A DNA stretch of 64,000 nt from Ophelia neglecta (taxonomy: Eukaryota). Where the stretch lies: assembly GCA_965285935.1 (NCBI GenBank), contig OZ260661.1, forward strand, positions 43,338,001-43,402,000, given 5' to 3'. Made by a program: the position numbers and the translations under genes. Of this stretch, positions 1 to 16,100 are shown piece after piece. Numbering within the stretch: position 1 is the first letter of the stretch; each line of letters opens with the position of its first letter. The notes beneath the pieces are model-generated. The model was not told the DNA's origin. It ran no database searches and worked only from the letters and a program-made list of their open reading frames with translations.

Positions 1-3000
1 TTGTGCCCTGTTCCATTAGTTTTAGCTGCCATTCAACATGTTCAACATCAGGGAAAGTTAGCCCAATGTTTGTGCTTGTCCCCCTCTCCATATTTGTTAG
101 TGACGTTAAGATTGGTTGGACACCAAGAATGCCCATCACATTTTACCCTTACGAGGCATGCTTGGTTCTCTTAGCCTAGCAATACCAGCCCTGAAATGAC
201 AACCTTTTTGTATCTCTTGCACAGTGAAAAAATAAAGTATGTACCATGGAATCTGTTGATAATAAAGTATGTACCCAACATAAACGATTCTCCTGTCTAA
301 ACACAGTGCAATGCTCATCTACAACTGTCAGCATGTGTTTGCTGGAAGTCTTTAAATTTACTTGTTTAGCACTTGAGGGCCTTGCATAAATAAAATGATA
401 AGAGATGGACATTATTTTTCAGTATATGCCTTAGACTACAGTCACTTGTAGCAGACTGGGAGTGGAAAAATAGTAGAAAGTCATTAAATATTGAGATTAT
501 GTTGGCTGCAGAGTCCATGTAAGGATGCCCTGCCATTGTCCGTCAGGTACTTTATGATAATAATCAAAACAATAATTTGAATTGAAATAATGAATCTTTT
601 ATGGTAAGAATATAGTAGCTGACTTGAGCAGGCACTAAAACCAAACAAATTTCTCATGATATTCCATCAGTATGCCTAGAATGTTCTCTATGCATATGTG
701 AATTGCGGAGTGCCTGGTAATCAGGGTTATTACAGGTTGCGGGTCCCAGTAGCACTTTGTTTTCTATATATGCAGCTGCCTGACTATTTCCCTTTCAGTA
801 GAGGAGTGTAGCCAGATATTGAGGTAAGGAGGGACGGGCTGGTGAGGGGCAGATAGCAGCAGGTTGTGTTGATGTTGGGCCCCACAATCCCCACATTACA
901 TAGACTTATCAGCAGTTCATGCCTCAGCACATTGGCCTGGGAGTCAGATAGCCGTGAGTGTGAGGGGTCCTCCTCGGCAAGGCCTTCTTCACAGCCAATA
1001 CTTGTTTATTTGGTGTAAACTCTGGACAGAAACACTGCATAATACACTATTCATGTATAAGTAAACTTACCCATGAAAAGATTGATTTTTTCCACTGTGC
1101 ATTATATATGTATAAGCATGTTCATTGTCGAACCGTTCATAAAATGAACAAATATTGAATCAGACTACCGGTAGGTGAACTACACAATAGTCATGTACAT
1201 GTGTGTTTTCCTCCAGGCAAAGATTTAGATTCTAGCATTCTTAAATCACTGATTCTGGCTTTATTAAAAAAAAGGATACCCTTTGCCATGTGTATTCTTC
1301 CCTAAAGAAAAGCCTTGAGATCCACTGTACTGGCAGACAATTTCACCGTTAAAACAAATCCCTCTGCGTCATTGGTATTCATAAATCTGGGCAATCTTGC
1401 TGAATTACTTCCTTTCCCTTAAATAATTCAGTGTACCTATATGTGTATATGATTTATATGACTATATTAATATTGTCACCTGGCAATCCTTATTAGGATG
1501 ATGAATATAGAATAATTGTAGACAGTTGCCTTTCATTTCATCTATTTTTTTGCCTCTCATGTGAAAGTAAAATTCTAAACTTATCACCATCAACTAGGTT
1601 AATATCTAGATCTGGAGTTAAGTAAATGACTGTGAAGACTGCCACATGGAAAACTCCGGACAGAGCTGAGTTGATGAGAGCTTCTTGTCACATTATATGC
1701 CCAGCAGTGTTGCCCTATAGCAAATTGATCCCTCTAGTGCAGTTTTCAGGTAGTTTCCTTGCTTAGTTAAATAGATTTGAGCAGTTTCTGCAGTAAACAC
1801 TGTAGAAGCCCTGCCACTGCACTCACAATTGCCTGCAATGGGGAATGAATGGAGCTTTTAAAACCAAAAGCCTTGTACAGCGATGATCATCAGGCTAACT
1901 ATTGAGATATCCTGCCTTCTGCTGTTTTTACGGCTACCCTTGGTTCTCCCTGGTTCTTGTAACTCAGGCTAGGAAATGCATCCTGACACAGAGAGCAAGT
2001 TTTATAACAGAGCACACATCCAAAGTGTCAACTGTGTTTGGTAAGGCTAGGCTAGCCTTATGGCAGTGTTCTTCATCTGTCTTTTAAATGTCTTAAGTGT
2101 GTGTTTTTCAGAGCAAGCCCAGTGGTAGGAAACCTGATATAGAAATGTAAGACTGAGTTTTATTTAAAATAAACAACTTTGAATTTACTAGGTCTTTTTC
2201 ACAAAACAGTCATGTTTATCATTTGAAATAAATAAAACTAACAGAATAGTTCTAACCAGGCTGTTCTATACCATGATTCTGTATTATCAAGAGGTGGTAA
2301 TTTTGTGCAATGGCTAGTAATTTTTTTTAGTATTGCTGCACCAAAGTTTGAAACATTTACCATCAATACCCACATAGACCATAATGCCTAAAGTGTCCTA
2401 TAAAAAGTTTGTTGAATGTCATGTGTTAATACTTTTTCAGTTAGCGAGCCTGACATTTAGCACCATGCCTGTGGCAAGTCTAGTAGTAATGAATATCTCT
2501 CTTGGTGCCATCAAATACTACTATATGTGCCTGGAATCTGCCTGCAGCCGGTGTTGTCCAATATTGCTAAGTGCACCCAGGTCTTCCTATTAAGAAAATA
2601 CACTGGTCACTTAGTGCTGTACACAAAAAGGGGTGTTATTCTTTGGTCATGCTTCTGAGATTTATGATGTATGTAATAGAAGTTTATGTTGTAGGGATGA
2701 TGTGCAGCAACAACTGGTGCCATGGTGGAGTTCCAGGATCAGTGAGGTGAAGAGATAGTATGTGATTTAAGGCCTGTTTTCTTGCGCCTGTGGAGTGTAT
2801 CAGTCAGCCATGGCGTTTCTTACAGGCTCTTAGGTTCATAGACATGGTGGTCAGCTCCCGGGTTCCTCAGCCATCATGTTAAATCAAATTATCTATCTGT
2901 GCTTACTTTTTCTGCTTGCTAAGTTTCTAACCCAGCAAGATCCTGTAGGTTGCAGAATTCTCAAAGACCAAACCATCATAGTCATTAGATGTGAACGGTC

Positions 3001-6000
3001 AGAAATGAGTGACATATGGAACGTTGTTTTGAGCTGAAGAAATGTAAAATGGACCCTGGAGATTTATTTTAACATAGAGCTGTTGATTGAGTGTGTTGAT
3101 TATGAAGAAGAGGCTATGATATTTGAAATTTGCTTAATGTCATCTAATCTTGCCCAGTCCCTGGTTGAGTATTGAAGATCCTAACCCTGTGGCCCTACAT
3201 GAGGGCTCGCTCTGATTACGGCCCAAGCCCTGGGGACGGTTTATAAGATAAATTCCTATATGGCGGAGCAGGCTACATGAGTTCTGTCCACAGGGATCAC
3301 TTTGGCTTCTTTTAACTACTGTTGGTTTTTTATGCTCTTTTTAATATTCTCTTCTAGGGCCATTTTTGACATTTATTATCATAGCAGTTGTGGATATAAG
3401 TCAGATATCAAATAATGATGATAGAATAAGGTATTTAGTTTGTTTTTACAGCTGCAATGAAAATGCTGTATTGCTGTTGGCTGCCACAATTTGTTAAAAC
3501 AACCTTGCCCTGCCTTTGCAGCCTGTTCAGCAGTTACATCTGTATATAATGCATTTGTCATTTCTGGGTATTGTACCCAGGGGAGTAATACATGCCACTT
3601 CCTGCGACTCTCTGTAATTGACCATCAAGGATATGCTTTTACATGTTAAAGGCCCGAGAGCTGCCTAAGTCCTGTTTAGCCATTATTGGAAGGGAAGGGG
3701 GGGGGGGGGGGAGAGATTTATAGAACACTTCTAAGAGTCTTGATGTATGTGGTGCCGATTCTTTCAGGAATGAGCACAAGAACTGAGAGCAGTACCAGTC
3801 TGCTTTCTGCATCTTTCAAAGCCCCACATGTGCTAGGTTCTAAGTAATCAATGATCACTGCCTCAGGTCAAGTTGTAAATGTATTCTCTCTTGATGCTTC
3901 TGGAGAATTCCATGCCCTTCCATCTCATTGTCTTCCCTTACAACAGCCGCAGTGTAATCTTGCCTGTTGACAGATTTGCTGGCAGTGCCAGAAGATAATT
4001 AATAGTAGTGCTAATATGAGATGTTTGTCTATATCACTTTTCCCAGAGGATTTTGGCGGCAGAGTATTCTCATATATTGGTGATTTAAAATGTGCTCATG
4101 TTTCTTGGCAGATAAAACACTGGGGGATTTAATCTAGAAAATATCCAATAATGAAGAGCTGATGTATGTGATTCGCTGAGAAATATATTTCTTTACCAAT
4201 ATATATCATTCTTATCTTCCAAATATATGAATTCCTATCTAAAAGTGTTTTTATGTTTGATAACATGGTCTCTGGTTATTAAGCATGAGGAGTTAATATT
4301 TAGGCCTTGGTGGGACATGGCCACTTCTAGTCTACCCCTAGTCTACCCGTAGTTGATTGGACTAGTTAGACTGTGTGTTTCACATCACCAGAGCACAGTC
4401 CTGAGCCTCCATGCAGTTCTGTTCATGCTAACCATCATTTCACCAGCTCATCAACATGATACTTTGTATTTTTTTCCATGTAATATCCACATGGTTTATC
4501 TGAGGTCGATTGTAATGAGCTCATTTTCCGCCAAAACAGGCGGCAACTACTCCCCTCCATCCCAGAACAGGCTAAGTAACCCATAGGTTTTACATTTTTA
4601 TGAAACATTGATACCATGGATATTAGTCTGCTACCAAAAATGAGCTCCTTTTGAGCTTTCCTTGCCAGATAGCTTATACTATCTGATGAGAGTTTATGCT
4701 TGCAAATTGTGGCTAAATGAACTGCAGAAGAACATTGAAAGTTGCCACATTTAGTTGTAAGCTGAGGTAATAGTCTGTACATGTTCAGATATCAGCTTCC
4801 CTAGGAACTCTAAAGCTGAGGTAAGGGAATCAGAATGGTGCTCTTGTTCATCTTTTAAGAGGTACCCAGATAGAACATGCTATTTATAAGGCATGCAAAA
4901 TGTCATCATATAAGCCGATATAAGCCCTCTTTCATGTAGCTTTTTCTATAATATGTTGCAAACTACCTAATGGGTGAACCATTAGTGCCTCTGGTTGATA
5001 AAAATCCCTCAAAATCATAATAAGTATATCCAAAGGCTGAAGATACCATCCTTTGGGATCTCTGATTGCCTGTTAGAAGTCCATTCATATGTCCAAAAAC
5101 AGGTGTAAGCCCTTTGGAAGTAGATGAGCACTTGTCAGTCTGCATGTAACAGTGCATAAGAAGGGACTGTGAGAGAAGATGTCTAATACTCAAACAAATA
5201 ATCAACAAAATGTGCAGGTAGCGAACGGCTGGTTCTTCTCTAAGGGAAATGACTGAACCATTAATTCAAAAGGGACATAGGTTCATTAGCTGGAGTGATA
5301 CAAATTGAGAATAGGTCAGTTGAAATTGGCAGCAGATATAGAGGGCTGGTAAGGTTGAAGCGGTATATGTCTCAGGAAGTCATGAACTTTTAGCCCTCTG
5401 ACCTTCATCAGCAAGCATCATCAGGCACAGATTGCCAGGCAAGATGGAGTGGCTTTAGATTTGAGGTCTTGCTATTCAAGACAAACTGGTGGTGGACTGT
5501 GACAAATTGAAGTAGCCATACTTGCTGAGATAGTTGTTGCTTAGCCACAGTGAAGGTGGTGATTGCCAGGAAAGCCTCAATGAAATATAATTCTACCTAT
5601 CTATGCAGCAGCCTCCCCATCCAGAACAGCACAAATCATACAGTTTTTCACAAGTTTTCAACGCTTAGATATCTGGTGCAAAATTATCTGCAGATTGGCA
5701 ATAACAGGAACTATTGAGCTAGGCCATCTCTACCGCAGACATCAGATGCCTGCCAGCAGATGGCATTGTATAGACTGAAATATTGCTACAACAATAGTCC
5801 ATATCAAATGTTACTGTCAGCCTGTCAGCCACCTAGCCAAGTCTGCAGCATTTGTTACTCAAGACCCACCAGAATCAGCCTTCAGGATCTTCTGGTCTGC
5901 TTGTTTTACAAACAGTTATTGTAAATTGTGGTTACTAGTAACCTTGACTAGTAACCTTGAATACTGTTAAACGTCAAGGCGTTTTAAATCCACAAACACA

Positions 6001-9000
6001 AAATATCAATGAGCCAGGTATCTGTATTCTTGTTATATTTCCCCTATTAAGTTTTTCCATTGAGGAGTGTGTGCTTCATACTAAAAGTCTAAATAACCAT
6101 GTTAAAGATTTGGTGGATGTACAATTTTAGACAGGCAATTTAACGCTCCTTATAGACAGGACTCTACAAGTCTGAGAGGCAAGCAGCAACTACAGTAGAT
6201 TTAATTTTCTCCATGATGGATGTCCTTCTCTGGCTTTTTCCTGGCACGGAATGCCTGATAGTATTAAAAGTGGGTACCAGGGAAGGATCCGGTCCTTTTA
6301 TTTGAAAATTGCCTCAGCGAAAAACCAAAATGTTTATCGCAATTTAGTTGATGTCCATAGATCCTGTGTGGAATAGAGAAGATAAGTTGTACATGATGCA
6401 TGGCTCCGCAGGGATCGAGCCATTGCCATATTGGCACCTGACTCCCAGCGACTTATCACTTCTTTCTTCCCTAGCATTGTAATTACTTATTGTGTCGGCC
6501 ACCAGAGAGAAGCTTCCTTGAAATGTAGTCGCTTCTCATTTAAAGGACATGGCCAAAATCTGTTTTTGTTCCACTAATGTCATATAAGTGCCTCCCTGAC
6601 TGCATTTAAATACCATTAAAAAGCAATCAGACTTTTTTCCCTTGTGATTTTTTATCTATCATGCTAGTCTGCGGTCCTGGCTCCAAAGGTCTGCTATATC
6701 ACAGGTTACAGAAACCATTCTTGTATCTGGCCATTAGCGGCCTACCAGATATCCATGGTGCATATCAATTAAGGCTTGTCCTAAGATCAGAATGTTTATT
6801 CTGAAGCTTTATTCATGGGGTAATAGTCTCCTGGGTAAAGAAGGCTCTGACATGCAAGAATAAAAGGAGAACTTAAGATTGTCCTATCTGTTACCGTCTG
6901 CAATGATATCGTCTGTATCTACCAGAAGCACACACCATATCTCAATGTTCCTCTGTCTACAAGACTATGTCCAGCAGCAGTTACAAATGGCCGGCCATGT
7001 AGATTTATGGGTTTTTCTCTGCTGTCCTTTACTCCCAGGAAAAAGAGGGCTAAATGTATGGAATTAGACTACCAATCCATCCTTGGCTTTCTGGACACCC
7101 CAGGCGAAAGCTGGCAATTGCTTTGGACAAAGCCAGCCTCCACCATGTAGGATGCAATTGATGTAGAAGTCTTTTGTATTACTTGCCCCCCACCTTGTTC
7201 AGAGCAGAAAATGGGGGATACGGATTGGTGTCCATCATAGTTGAGCACCACTGCTGCTGGAACCATTTTAAATGGCTGTAACTCCACACAGGCTTCATCG
7301 ACAGAATTTTACAAGGCTGAAAATAGGTGAGAGAAACCATTACAGCCTTTATATGTATTATTGAACTTTTGATGAAAATTTAAATAAAGTTCCCATATAG
7401 CACACCAAACGAAATAGAGTAATATTTTAGTCCTTATGCAACTTCTTTATTTGTGTGCAGATAGGCTCTCAAAATGTATTGGGGGCATTTAGAAAATTGT
7501 ACATGGTGATTCTCATGTCCCATCAGATGTACCCTTGATGTATTTTCAAGGTCAAACCATTAAATCATGGTATCAATCTTATTTATAGTCATTAGACCTG
7601 GAATGACATTGGGGTTTATAGAAAACCAGATTTTCCACAGCTTATGTGATTGTGAGATTTCACCCTTGTTTTGTCATTCCTTTGGTTTGATTTATTTCCT
7701 TCTAACGTTTGGCTGTCTAAAACCAATGCAATGACCACTGAAATTACAGGTGATCTATACCAGTACTAAATTCCTTATTTTGGCTCCATGTGTTGTTCTC
7801 TTGCAAGCCTTCCCATATAATTGACATGTTATTGCACCAATGTGTGAATTATCCATCAACAGCTGACACAGCTGGTTGGGTGGACAATGCTGGGTGTCTG
7901 TTGATGGGCGGTAGTCTTGTCCTGGCCCTGCTGGCTGGCTACGCTTCTGACGTCAGGCTCCAGTCTAATGGTCTGCTGCAGGGATTAGCCCAGAGTCCCT
8001 CCTCAGCCCACTAGATCCCTCTAATTGCCATGTTCTTGACCAGTAATACATCACCTTAACTTCTGTCCATATCTGCTTCTAGATTGATCCAATTGAACTT
8101 GGTGGTAAAGTCTGACACTGGATCAACCCCGAAATATATGCATTAAAGTTTGGAAGTCTGGGCCTGGTCACACAGGGGGTAATTTGTGAGGTGGTAAACT
8201 TCTTGGATGGCTTGCCTGATTGGTTTGATGATATCAGATTGGAAGTTTAATTTGCATCACACTTACAATAGGGTAATCCTTCTTTAGGCTGATAAATTGC
8301 TTCATACTGGTTGCAAATCTCAGGCACATTTTCCTTCATTAGAACTTTATGTGATAAATTGCTGAATTATCCATAGGCATTGATGGCTGCAAGAGCCTTG
8401 AACCCCTATGGGAAGATAGTCCTCATTACTCAGTGTTTTGTATGTATGTGTTTACCACTGGGTGGCTTTCAGATACCATGTAAGTTATGGCTGTACACTA
8501 CCACCGCAGCTAGAAATGATTTCAGCCCAATGTCTTGGCCATACATACATGTCTCTGGAGAAAATGCTGGGTGTTAAGGGCATCGGACTTCACAACCCCC
8601 CTGACCTCCAAAAGCCATTCAGACAGCCATCAAGCCGCTGGGTGCAAGAAACGATAGATATATTTAGTGCTCTTCACACTGCAAAAGTAACCTAGGTCAT
8701 CTGCCAAACCACTAATGAGAACAAGGGAGCTTTTCTACCTAAGGAAGGCTTTACAAGGAAGGCTTTTTTATTGAAATATAGGTAGCATGTGTACAAGCCA
8801 TGTTTTAAGTGAGGCTGGCTTAGGGTTTGGATTATAGCTTACAAGACCATTCACACAATTATGAAATATTTTGTAATTAATAAGATCTTACCCCAGTATC
8901 TTATTTTTCTACCACTGAGAGATTAGATTCCACTAGGTGAGGACGCAATATGGAATAAGAAACCAGGTCACCCCACGTCTGCTCAAATGAACAGGAATTA

Positions 9001-12000
9001 TGCCAGTTAACCTGCTGCCTCCGGTGGCCTCAGCCAATATCTAACTGATTACTCCAGTGAATGCGGGTGTACCTGGATAACTGGGTAAATTCTCTTAGAT
9101 TTGCCACATCATTTCCTGGTGTTGGTGTCAGCTCCACCACTCTTGGCTTGCAAAGGTGGCACCCAGCAGTTGTCTAGCTAAGCCAGTTCTTTGTAAATGA
9201 GATTTGCTTCACCCATCCTGTGAATCTGGAAATTTCCCCAATGCTGGATTGGGGATTTGAGGGGGAGGGGTGTTTTAAGCTGACAGGAGGAGATGGGGTG
9301 ATCTGTGCTGGATGTAGCTGCCTTGATCTGTATAACTACCTAAGGAATCCAAGCCCGGCTTCCCGGAACAATCAATCAACCCAAATTCTCACTTTGTCCA
9401 GCCCATCATAACCTTTTCGATGGAGGTGCCATGTGCACGAATCGCTTCTTGCCTCCTGCGAACATATTTTGTGGTCTTTACAGAGATACATGAGCTGAAG
9501 CAATTCTCTATGGTAATGAAATCACAAGAGTGTAGGATGAGCATTGAGAAAGGCCTTGTTGAAATGCCAGGATAGACTTGAATTCTTCTCCTGCAGGTTA
9601 AAGGTCTTTAATTGGATTTTGAACCTCTTTGACCTGATTCGATCTGGTCTATGCTCATTTGATGTCGTCTGCTGCTGATGACACATTATTGTGAAAGTAT
9701 ATAAGCAGCAGCATGTCAGCTTATTTCCCATTGGTGTTTATTAACCCCAGATTCATGTCACCAGAGCTGACCTGTTCACCTCCCTTTAGTCATATCCATG
9801 TTATATGACTCCAATGCAGGCTGGAAATGTCACAGAAAACAATATCTGACTTCCAAATTCCAACAACCATTTGTCCTTACTGCCTGCTCTCTGGTTTATG
9901 CCAAGAACATTTTTCATGACTATAATAATGATTAAACTATAATTTTCTTCATTTGGACATTAAGTTATTGGTGGATAGGTCATATCTCTCTCAATGGTTG
10001 GCAAGGGTCCTTTCCCCAACCTTATACACCAAGAGATTTTAGTTTCATGTCTTTTGACAAGCTGTCCACACAAATCAGCATTAGATTGCTGTTTGGCTCA
10101 GTTTTGGATATTGCCTGCTTGGCGCCAGTGAAGGTACTCAGACAAGACAACTGCCATCTCAGGCAGCACACTAGCTGTATCTCCACTCATTGGAATTATT
10201 GTCTTAAGTTATTTAGAGTATTTACTTTCTATTTATTTACCTATAAAGATGCCAGAAGTCATTAGTTTACAGGCTTTTAATCCTTCTATTGAGCTATAAA
10301 GTCAGCTGTGCCAGACAATCTCATGGTATTCAGGTAGCTTGTTTTTGCTGTAAGCCCTTTATATTCAGGTGGTTTCCTCCAAGAATTCAGTCATTGTCAA
10401 ATAGGGAATTCCATGAAAAGAGTCTTAAAGAGGTTCCCTTGTTAACTGTCTTGTGTAATCCTGAGGTCTGGTCAGGCTTGTCTGTTGTGTGGGGTGCCGG
10501 GGGACTGTAAAGGCCACCAGCCTGCTCATGAGCTTTATGTCCAATGTACTCCCGAATTAGCCTAGTTATTCATCAGCCACCCATCAGTCACATCAAGTTG
10601 TGTCAAGTGGTAACTCTATATGTTTCCAATGCTGGGTGGGGTTTTGCTGCATATCTTGACACTGGCACCTGTGTAGGCATTCATCAGGCCTCCAGAAATA
10701 CTGGAATGGGGTTGTTATCAGTCTCTAGATTTGTTATAATATTCCTCTCCCAGATGTGTATCACCCCCTACTGTACAGATCATGAATTCAAGCCCTTGTC
10801 TCCAGTTTTCATAAATGATTGAATAGATTACCTGAATAGATGTTTTGGTAAGAGATGATCTTGGTGTTAGATAGTGCCAGGAATATTTCATGTGGCATGA
10901 TCAATGTACATTTCTGTATTTAATGTCAGTGTCATATTTCCAGTATGTTGTGGGCTATCAAAGAGACAATCTGGTGATCCATATACCACAGGCCATTGAC
11001 TTGTTTGGAAACAATTTGAACCCAGTGACCAGGCAATAAGAATGTAACATAAACAAATTATAGTGGCTGTTATGTCCGCCAACTGCTACTGGCACCTATC
11101 AACTGGCAGTTAAATGAAAAACAATAGCATTGCCATATGCCTAGACCTGTATCTATATTCCCTGTTTATAACTCCTGGATAATGTTTTACAGAATTCGGG
11201 CCAGTCTGGGAGGTGTACATGATACATACATGAAACACAATAGTGCCTGCTGATGAGGTTTTGATGGCCTGCTGAAGGTGAGCCATCATTAACACCATTT
11301 AACCAAAAGCTGGCCTTCTAATTAGTGCTATGGATACATAAATAGGAGTGGAGAAAAGTGGGTGGCTTTAGCAGATGATCTACTTGTAATGCTAAGCTTG
11401 TTTCTGCCATGCCAAGCACACATCTGACTTTCCCTGGCCCCTTAATATAAACACTGCCAGTCAGCTAAATCTACAACAAAATCAAGGTTTGATATGTGTA
11501 AACCATAGTAGTTTATTTATCCCTGCACCATCTTTCACCGAGGCACAGCCAGGAGCTGTAGAAAACACGCTGTGCAGAGAATCTGCACACCACTTGTACT
11601 CTAGTCCAGTTGATCACACTTTCACATCCCTGCAAAGAGCATGTCTCAAAGTCAGTAATATTAGTTCATACCTATATTGAAATTTATAAAAATATGTTAT
11701 ATGATTTGTTTGATTTATTGAATGCATGCCAAAAATTCATTCATGCATCTTTTGCCATGTGCTGATATGACTCAGTAATCAGGTTTCTAATGATTTAATT
11801 GTCTTCTATTTATTTGCCAGAGAACTTTTTGAGTTATTTATTGTGTTTTTATTTCCACCATGTGTGTACCTAGCTAGTCTAGCTGGACAGCAAGTCATCC
11901 GTTCCTAAGATCTCTGGACTGATCAGATGCTGGGGGTCAAACTCTATCACCGTCTCTCTTGTACTTATCCGTCACAAACGTACTCCACTCTTTACCCATC

Positions 12001-13061
12001 TCACCCATCCCATCTCAACCCTTCCTGTTTCTGGAACTAATCTAGACCTAGTTTTCCAAATGAGAACTGTCAAGATTTCATCTAACATTACCAGAAAATA
12101 TCACTGCACTTTGACATCTGTAGATTATAAGTTGGATCTCAAGTTACCAATGTAATTTTAGTTATGGGCACCTGTTAATTAAAATAATCCAGCCTCACCT
12201 GTAGAACTTCATTCCTGAATTATTGACCAACGGAATAGCATTATTTCAGTGCTGGAAAATGTTATAATATTTGTTAATGAGCTTGCACTTCTTTGACTCT
12301 ATATCTAAATGCTAAGTACTGCAGACATAGAAGTGTGAATGCTCATGAGTGTTAGATTGGCCAGCATGGCAATCGGAAATGGCAACTGTGTGCTGCCTGC
12401 CATCTGTATCTGATTCAGAGAGCATATGGTGGCCCCTGGTGCAACAAGCTAGAATTGCTTCAGGTGAAATGGTGGTCAGTTATTTTGCTAATGATTTATA
12501 GGTAAAACACATTGATGATTAATGCCAGGGGCAGAGAAGAAAGATATATCTGTATTTTAATGAAGTTCCTGGCATCATATTGATGTTTGCACTGAGCCAC
12601 CAGGCTGGTGGTCAAGAAGCAATTTCCATGCCTGGCAAATCATGATTTTTCCAGCTCCTTATTGCTGTTAGTAGTTTATCATCTATGCAGAAACTGTCTT
12701 CCATCTTATCGGAATATGCTGAACATGCCATTTTGTAGCACATTAAGTCACCCAGCGTGTAATTTACAGCTTCTGCTAACAAACTACGTTCTGCTGAAAT
12801 AGGTACTGAATTAACTACTAGCATGGTCAGTTCCACCACCTATCTGGTAGGCATGTAGCTTGAATAAAACCTTCATTTGACTGATTCAATGATCCACTGA
12901 GATAAGGCATGATGGGAAGCCTAAGAAAAGACATTAATTATGCTGTCACCTCCACATCGCCAATCCAGTTCTGGGGTATTGACTGTGTTGAGCATTACTA
13001 ACATACAGTAAAACCTATATATACTGTCAATAAAAGCAGTGAACAGCTTCCACAGGTTTGC

Positions 13062-13127
13062 CAGGTTTAATGTGGCCAGGCATTATGGAGAGGGCAGGTT
13101 TAATGTGGCTAGGCATTAAGGAGAGGG
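13062..13127. repeat. 33-bp tandem duplication
   Basis: CAGGTTTAATGTGGC(C/T)AGGCATTA(T/A)GGAGAGGG twice. Confidence 0.9.
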
Positions 13128-16100
13128 TGATACTGGCCTGGTCCACATTATAGCCCATCTAGCTTCTAGATAACACACAAGAAACTTACAATGAACCTAT
13201 TAACTCTGGCTCTGTCTTCTCTCACAAGTGTTGATCTGGTGAATATTGAGGCCAAAACACTCTAGTGTCATGGACTCACAAATGGCCTATAAACCCTCCA
13301 GGCATGTGTTTTCATCACTGATATTTTTGTGCAAAAGTCAGATGCTGTATGTATTATGGAAAATTTCACTCTGAACATTTTCCCTGTTAAAAGGTAGTAA
13401 GGATAACCCTCTCTGACACAGGCTGTCAACCCCACATCTGTACGTACAGTCCCTCATCTGTGAGTAGTGTTCAGCCGTTTTCTGCCAGAGAATCTGGCCT
13501 GTCATGTCAGCATGTTTACTAGTCTACACTAAGTATCTAATCTAACCAAAGACAGATTAATTCATCTACTAGAAGTTTGGTTATCTGGTTATAGTGCTTT
13601 GTTGTTTCTGACTATTTGAGGACAAAACAATATTTCATTTAGATTATCATGGACTGTAATTGATTTTGGAGTGGTTTATTTGTGTCTCGGATACATTACC
13701 ATCACGTCTGTCTGCCACCACTCGAGGGCCTGCCTATGGGCTCTTGACTCCCCCCACCCAACCCCCATAATGAAGGCTCTGCAAATATCCAAACTTGAAT
13801 GGGGATTTTTTTACATTATTTAGTTTACATCCATCTTGGCTGGGTAGTGTTTATCCCAGAGAGCTGGAATCCCGGCCACAAAAATTACCCTTCGGGGAAA
13901 GATTGTGTCAAAGTCATGGACAGGGTGGCGGAGTGAATTTGTGTTTGGCTGGTGTGACTCAGAAAAAAACTGGTGTTTAGTGGAGACCACCCAGTGAAGA
14001 GAATTGATCCCTGTATGGTGTTGGGTTGGTTAGTGTTGTAGGCCCACCTGAGGGCTAGGTCAGGCCCCTGTATCTCTTCAATCAGTAGGGCTCAGGGGCC
14101 AGGGAAGGTGGTTGTTTGTTTTTGTAGAGCTGTTCAGCTCCCTGGGCTATCTCCCATACCATTTCTAGCTGCCGTCTGCTAAGGGATCTGGAGCCACGGC
14201 TCTAGTGGAATAATGATGGACATTGGCTGCTAAAGACCCTCCTGAGTCCTGAGGCCCCTCACTGCATACCTCTGTTTTTTGCAGTTATCTATTGTTTTTG
14301 TGTCCCATCTGAGCTAGAAAAGCGAGTCATCAGTTTCCATCACAGAAGACAGATGGTGTGGACTGCTCAGAGACTCGTCAGTCGGGAAGTTCAGGAGTTT
14401 TCAGGCTCCTCAGGCATATACAAGCTAATAAATTGCGTGGTAATTTGTACATGTAACATTTATGGTGATAATTTTACATTTATCATTATTGTTTATTAGG
14501 GGGTAGGGATGGGGCAGGGGCTATGCTTAAAGTCATATTTACCTTTGGGTGGGAGATTAATGTATTCATAGTTTGTCTTCCAAAGCTGATTCAAAATACT
14601 TTCTTAATTTGAAATACTACATATATATATATATATATTTAATGATGAACAGTTTGACTCAGGGAAACCATGAAGGTATAATCTCAGGAATGGCCCAGGG
14701 AACAGCACTTTCCTGATCCTCAGCCTCAGTGCTGCTTGCTGGTATTACCCGAGGCACTGCGGGTTTTATCTCAACTGGTTGCCACAAGTAGTGTTTTACT
14801 ATGTGGTTGGATTGATTACCACAGAATATGCAACATCAAAAACAAGCCAGCTATCTTGATCACACCCCTTTACTTTATGTACTCTGTTTTCAATCCTGAT
14901 GTCCTAGGTAATTTCTCAAATTAAGATAAACATTTTCAGTGAAATCAATTTGTCTTTTGGTTAATGCTAACAGCAGACGTGCCTTGCAGCAATCCCAAGG
15001 TTGGTAAGCAATGGAAGGATGGTAATTGTCTCCAGCTTTCTAAAGCATATTTAGCTGATTGATAAATTGTTTGATACACATTTAAGATACTGCTACAAGG
15101 CATGTGCAGAGCACTTCTATCTATCATGACATTGGCAATAAGTCTGGCAGTTGCAAAGAAGCTGGTTTAAGTTTGTCGTTTCACATGGAGATGCCACTCG
15201 CATAATTCATAATATCTCTTCATTCTAATAGAGCAGGAGTGGTGAAACTGACAGGTCACAGTGCTCTAAAGATCTTTGTGATTAGCCAGCTGTAGAGTTA
15301 AACAGAGCACTTCAAGGCACAGGAAACCTGAAAACTGCCTCACCGGGTTTCTTCTATTAAATTGGGTATTAAAACTGGGCTGTTTTCTTTGCCTGATATG
15401 GCACACACTGTGGTTAATAGAATTCATCATATTTTACCAGCATTCTTTCTGTTCCAATCAAATATCACTCACTTTGTTCCCGTCAACACACAATTGTTAT
15501 TAATTACCTGATGTGCGGACTTGCATATCAAAAGATAAATTACATATATGCTCTGGTTGCTCAATGCCAGCTTTAAGCCAGTAGTAGTATTCCTGCTGAA
15601 CAATTTAGCCTGACCTCTGGTGTCTGGAGAGGTTAATGATTCTTGTTTCAGCCACAAAACAAGCAAAGCAGATCATAAAATGTCTTTTATGTGGCAAATA
15701 AAAATTTTGTGGAAGGTTTGACTTTTTTGTTGGAGAAAAATGTCTTTTCATATATAGGATTGGGTCAAAACAGTCAATTTCTGGCTAACTTTTTCTGATG
15801 AACGCTGGACACCTTACTACTGTAACACACAGAACCGGTACTACCTCTCTGATGGCATCTTTGACTCAATCAACCTGAACAACTTGAGCAGAAATCTCCC
15901 TGAATGCCCTCTATGGGAACATAGTCATTTCCAACCCCAGTATGGCATGTCGTGAAAGAAAAACATGCACATATATCATTAGATTATGTCTCTTCTGGTA
16001 GTATTGCCATTGCACATGCCATCAACCAAAACCACTATAAAAATCTATAAAAGAGAGAGGCTTTTCTGATACAATCATTATATGGTTATAACTTTAAGGT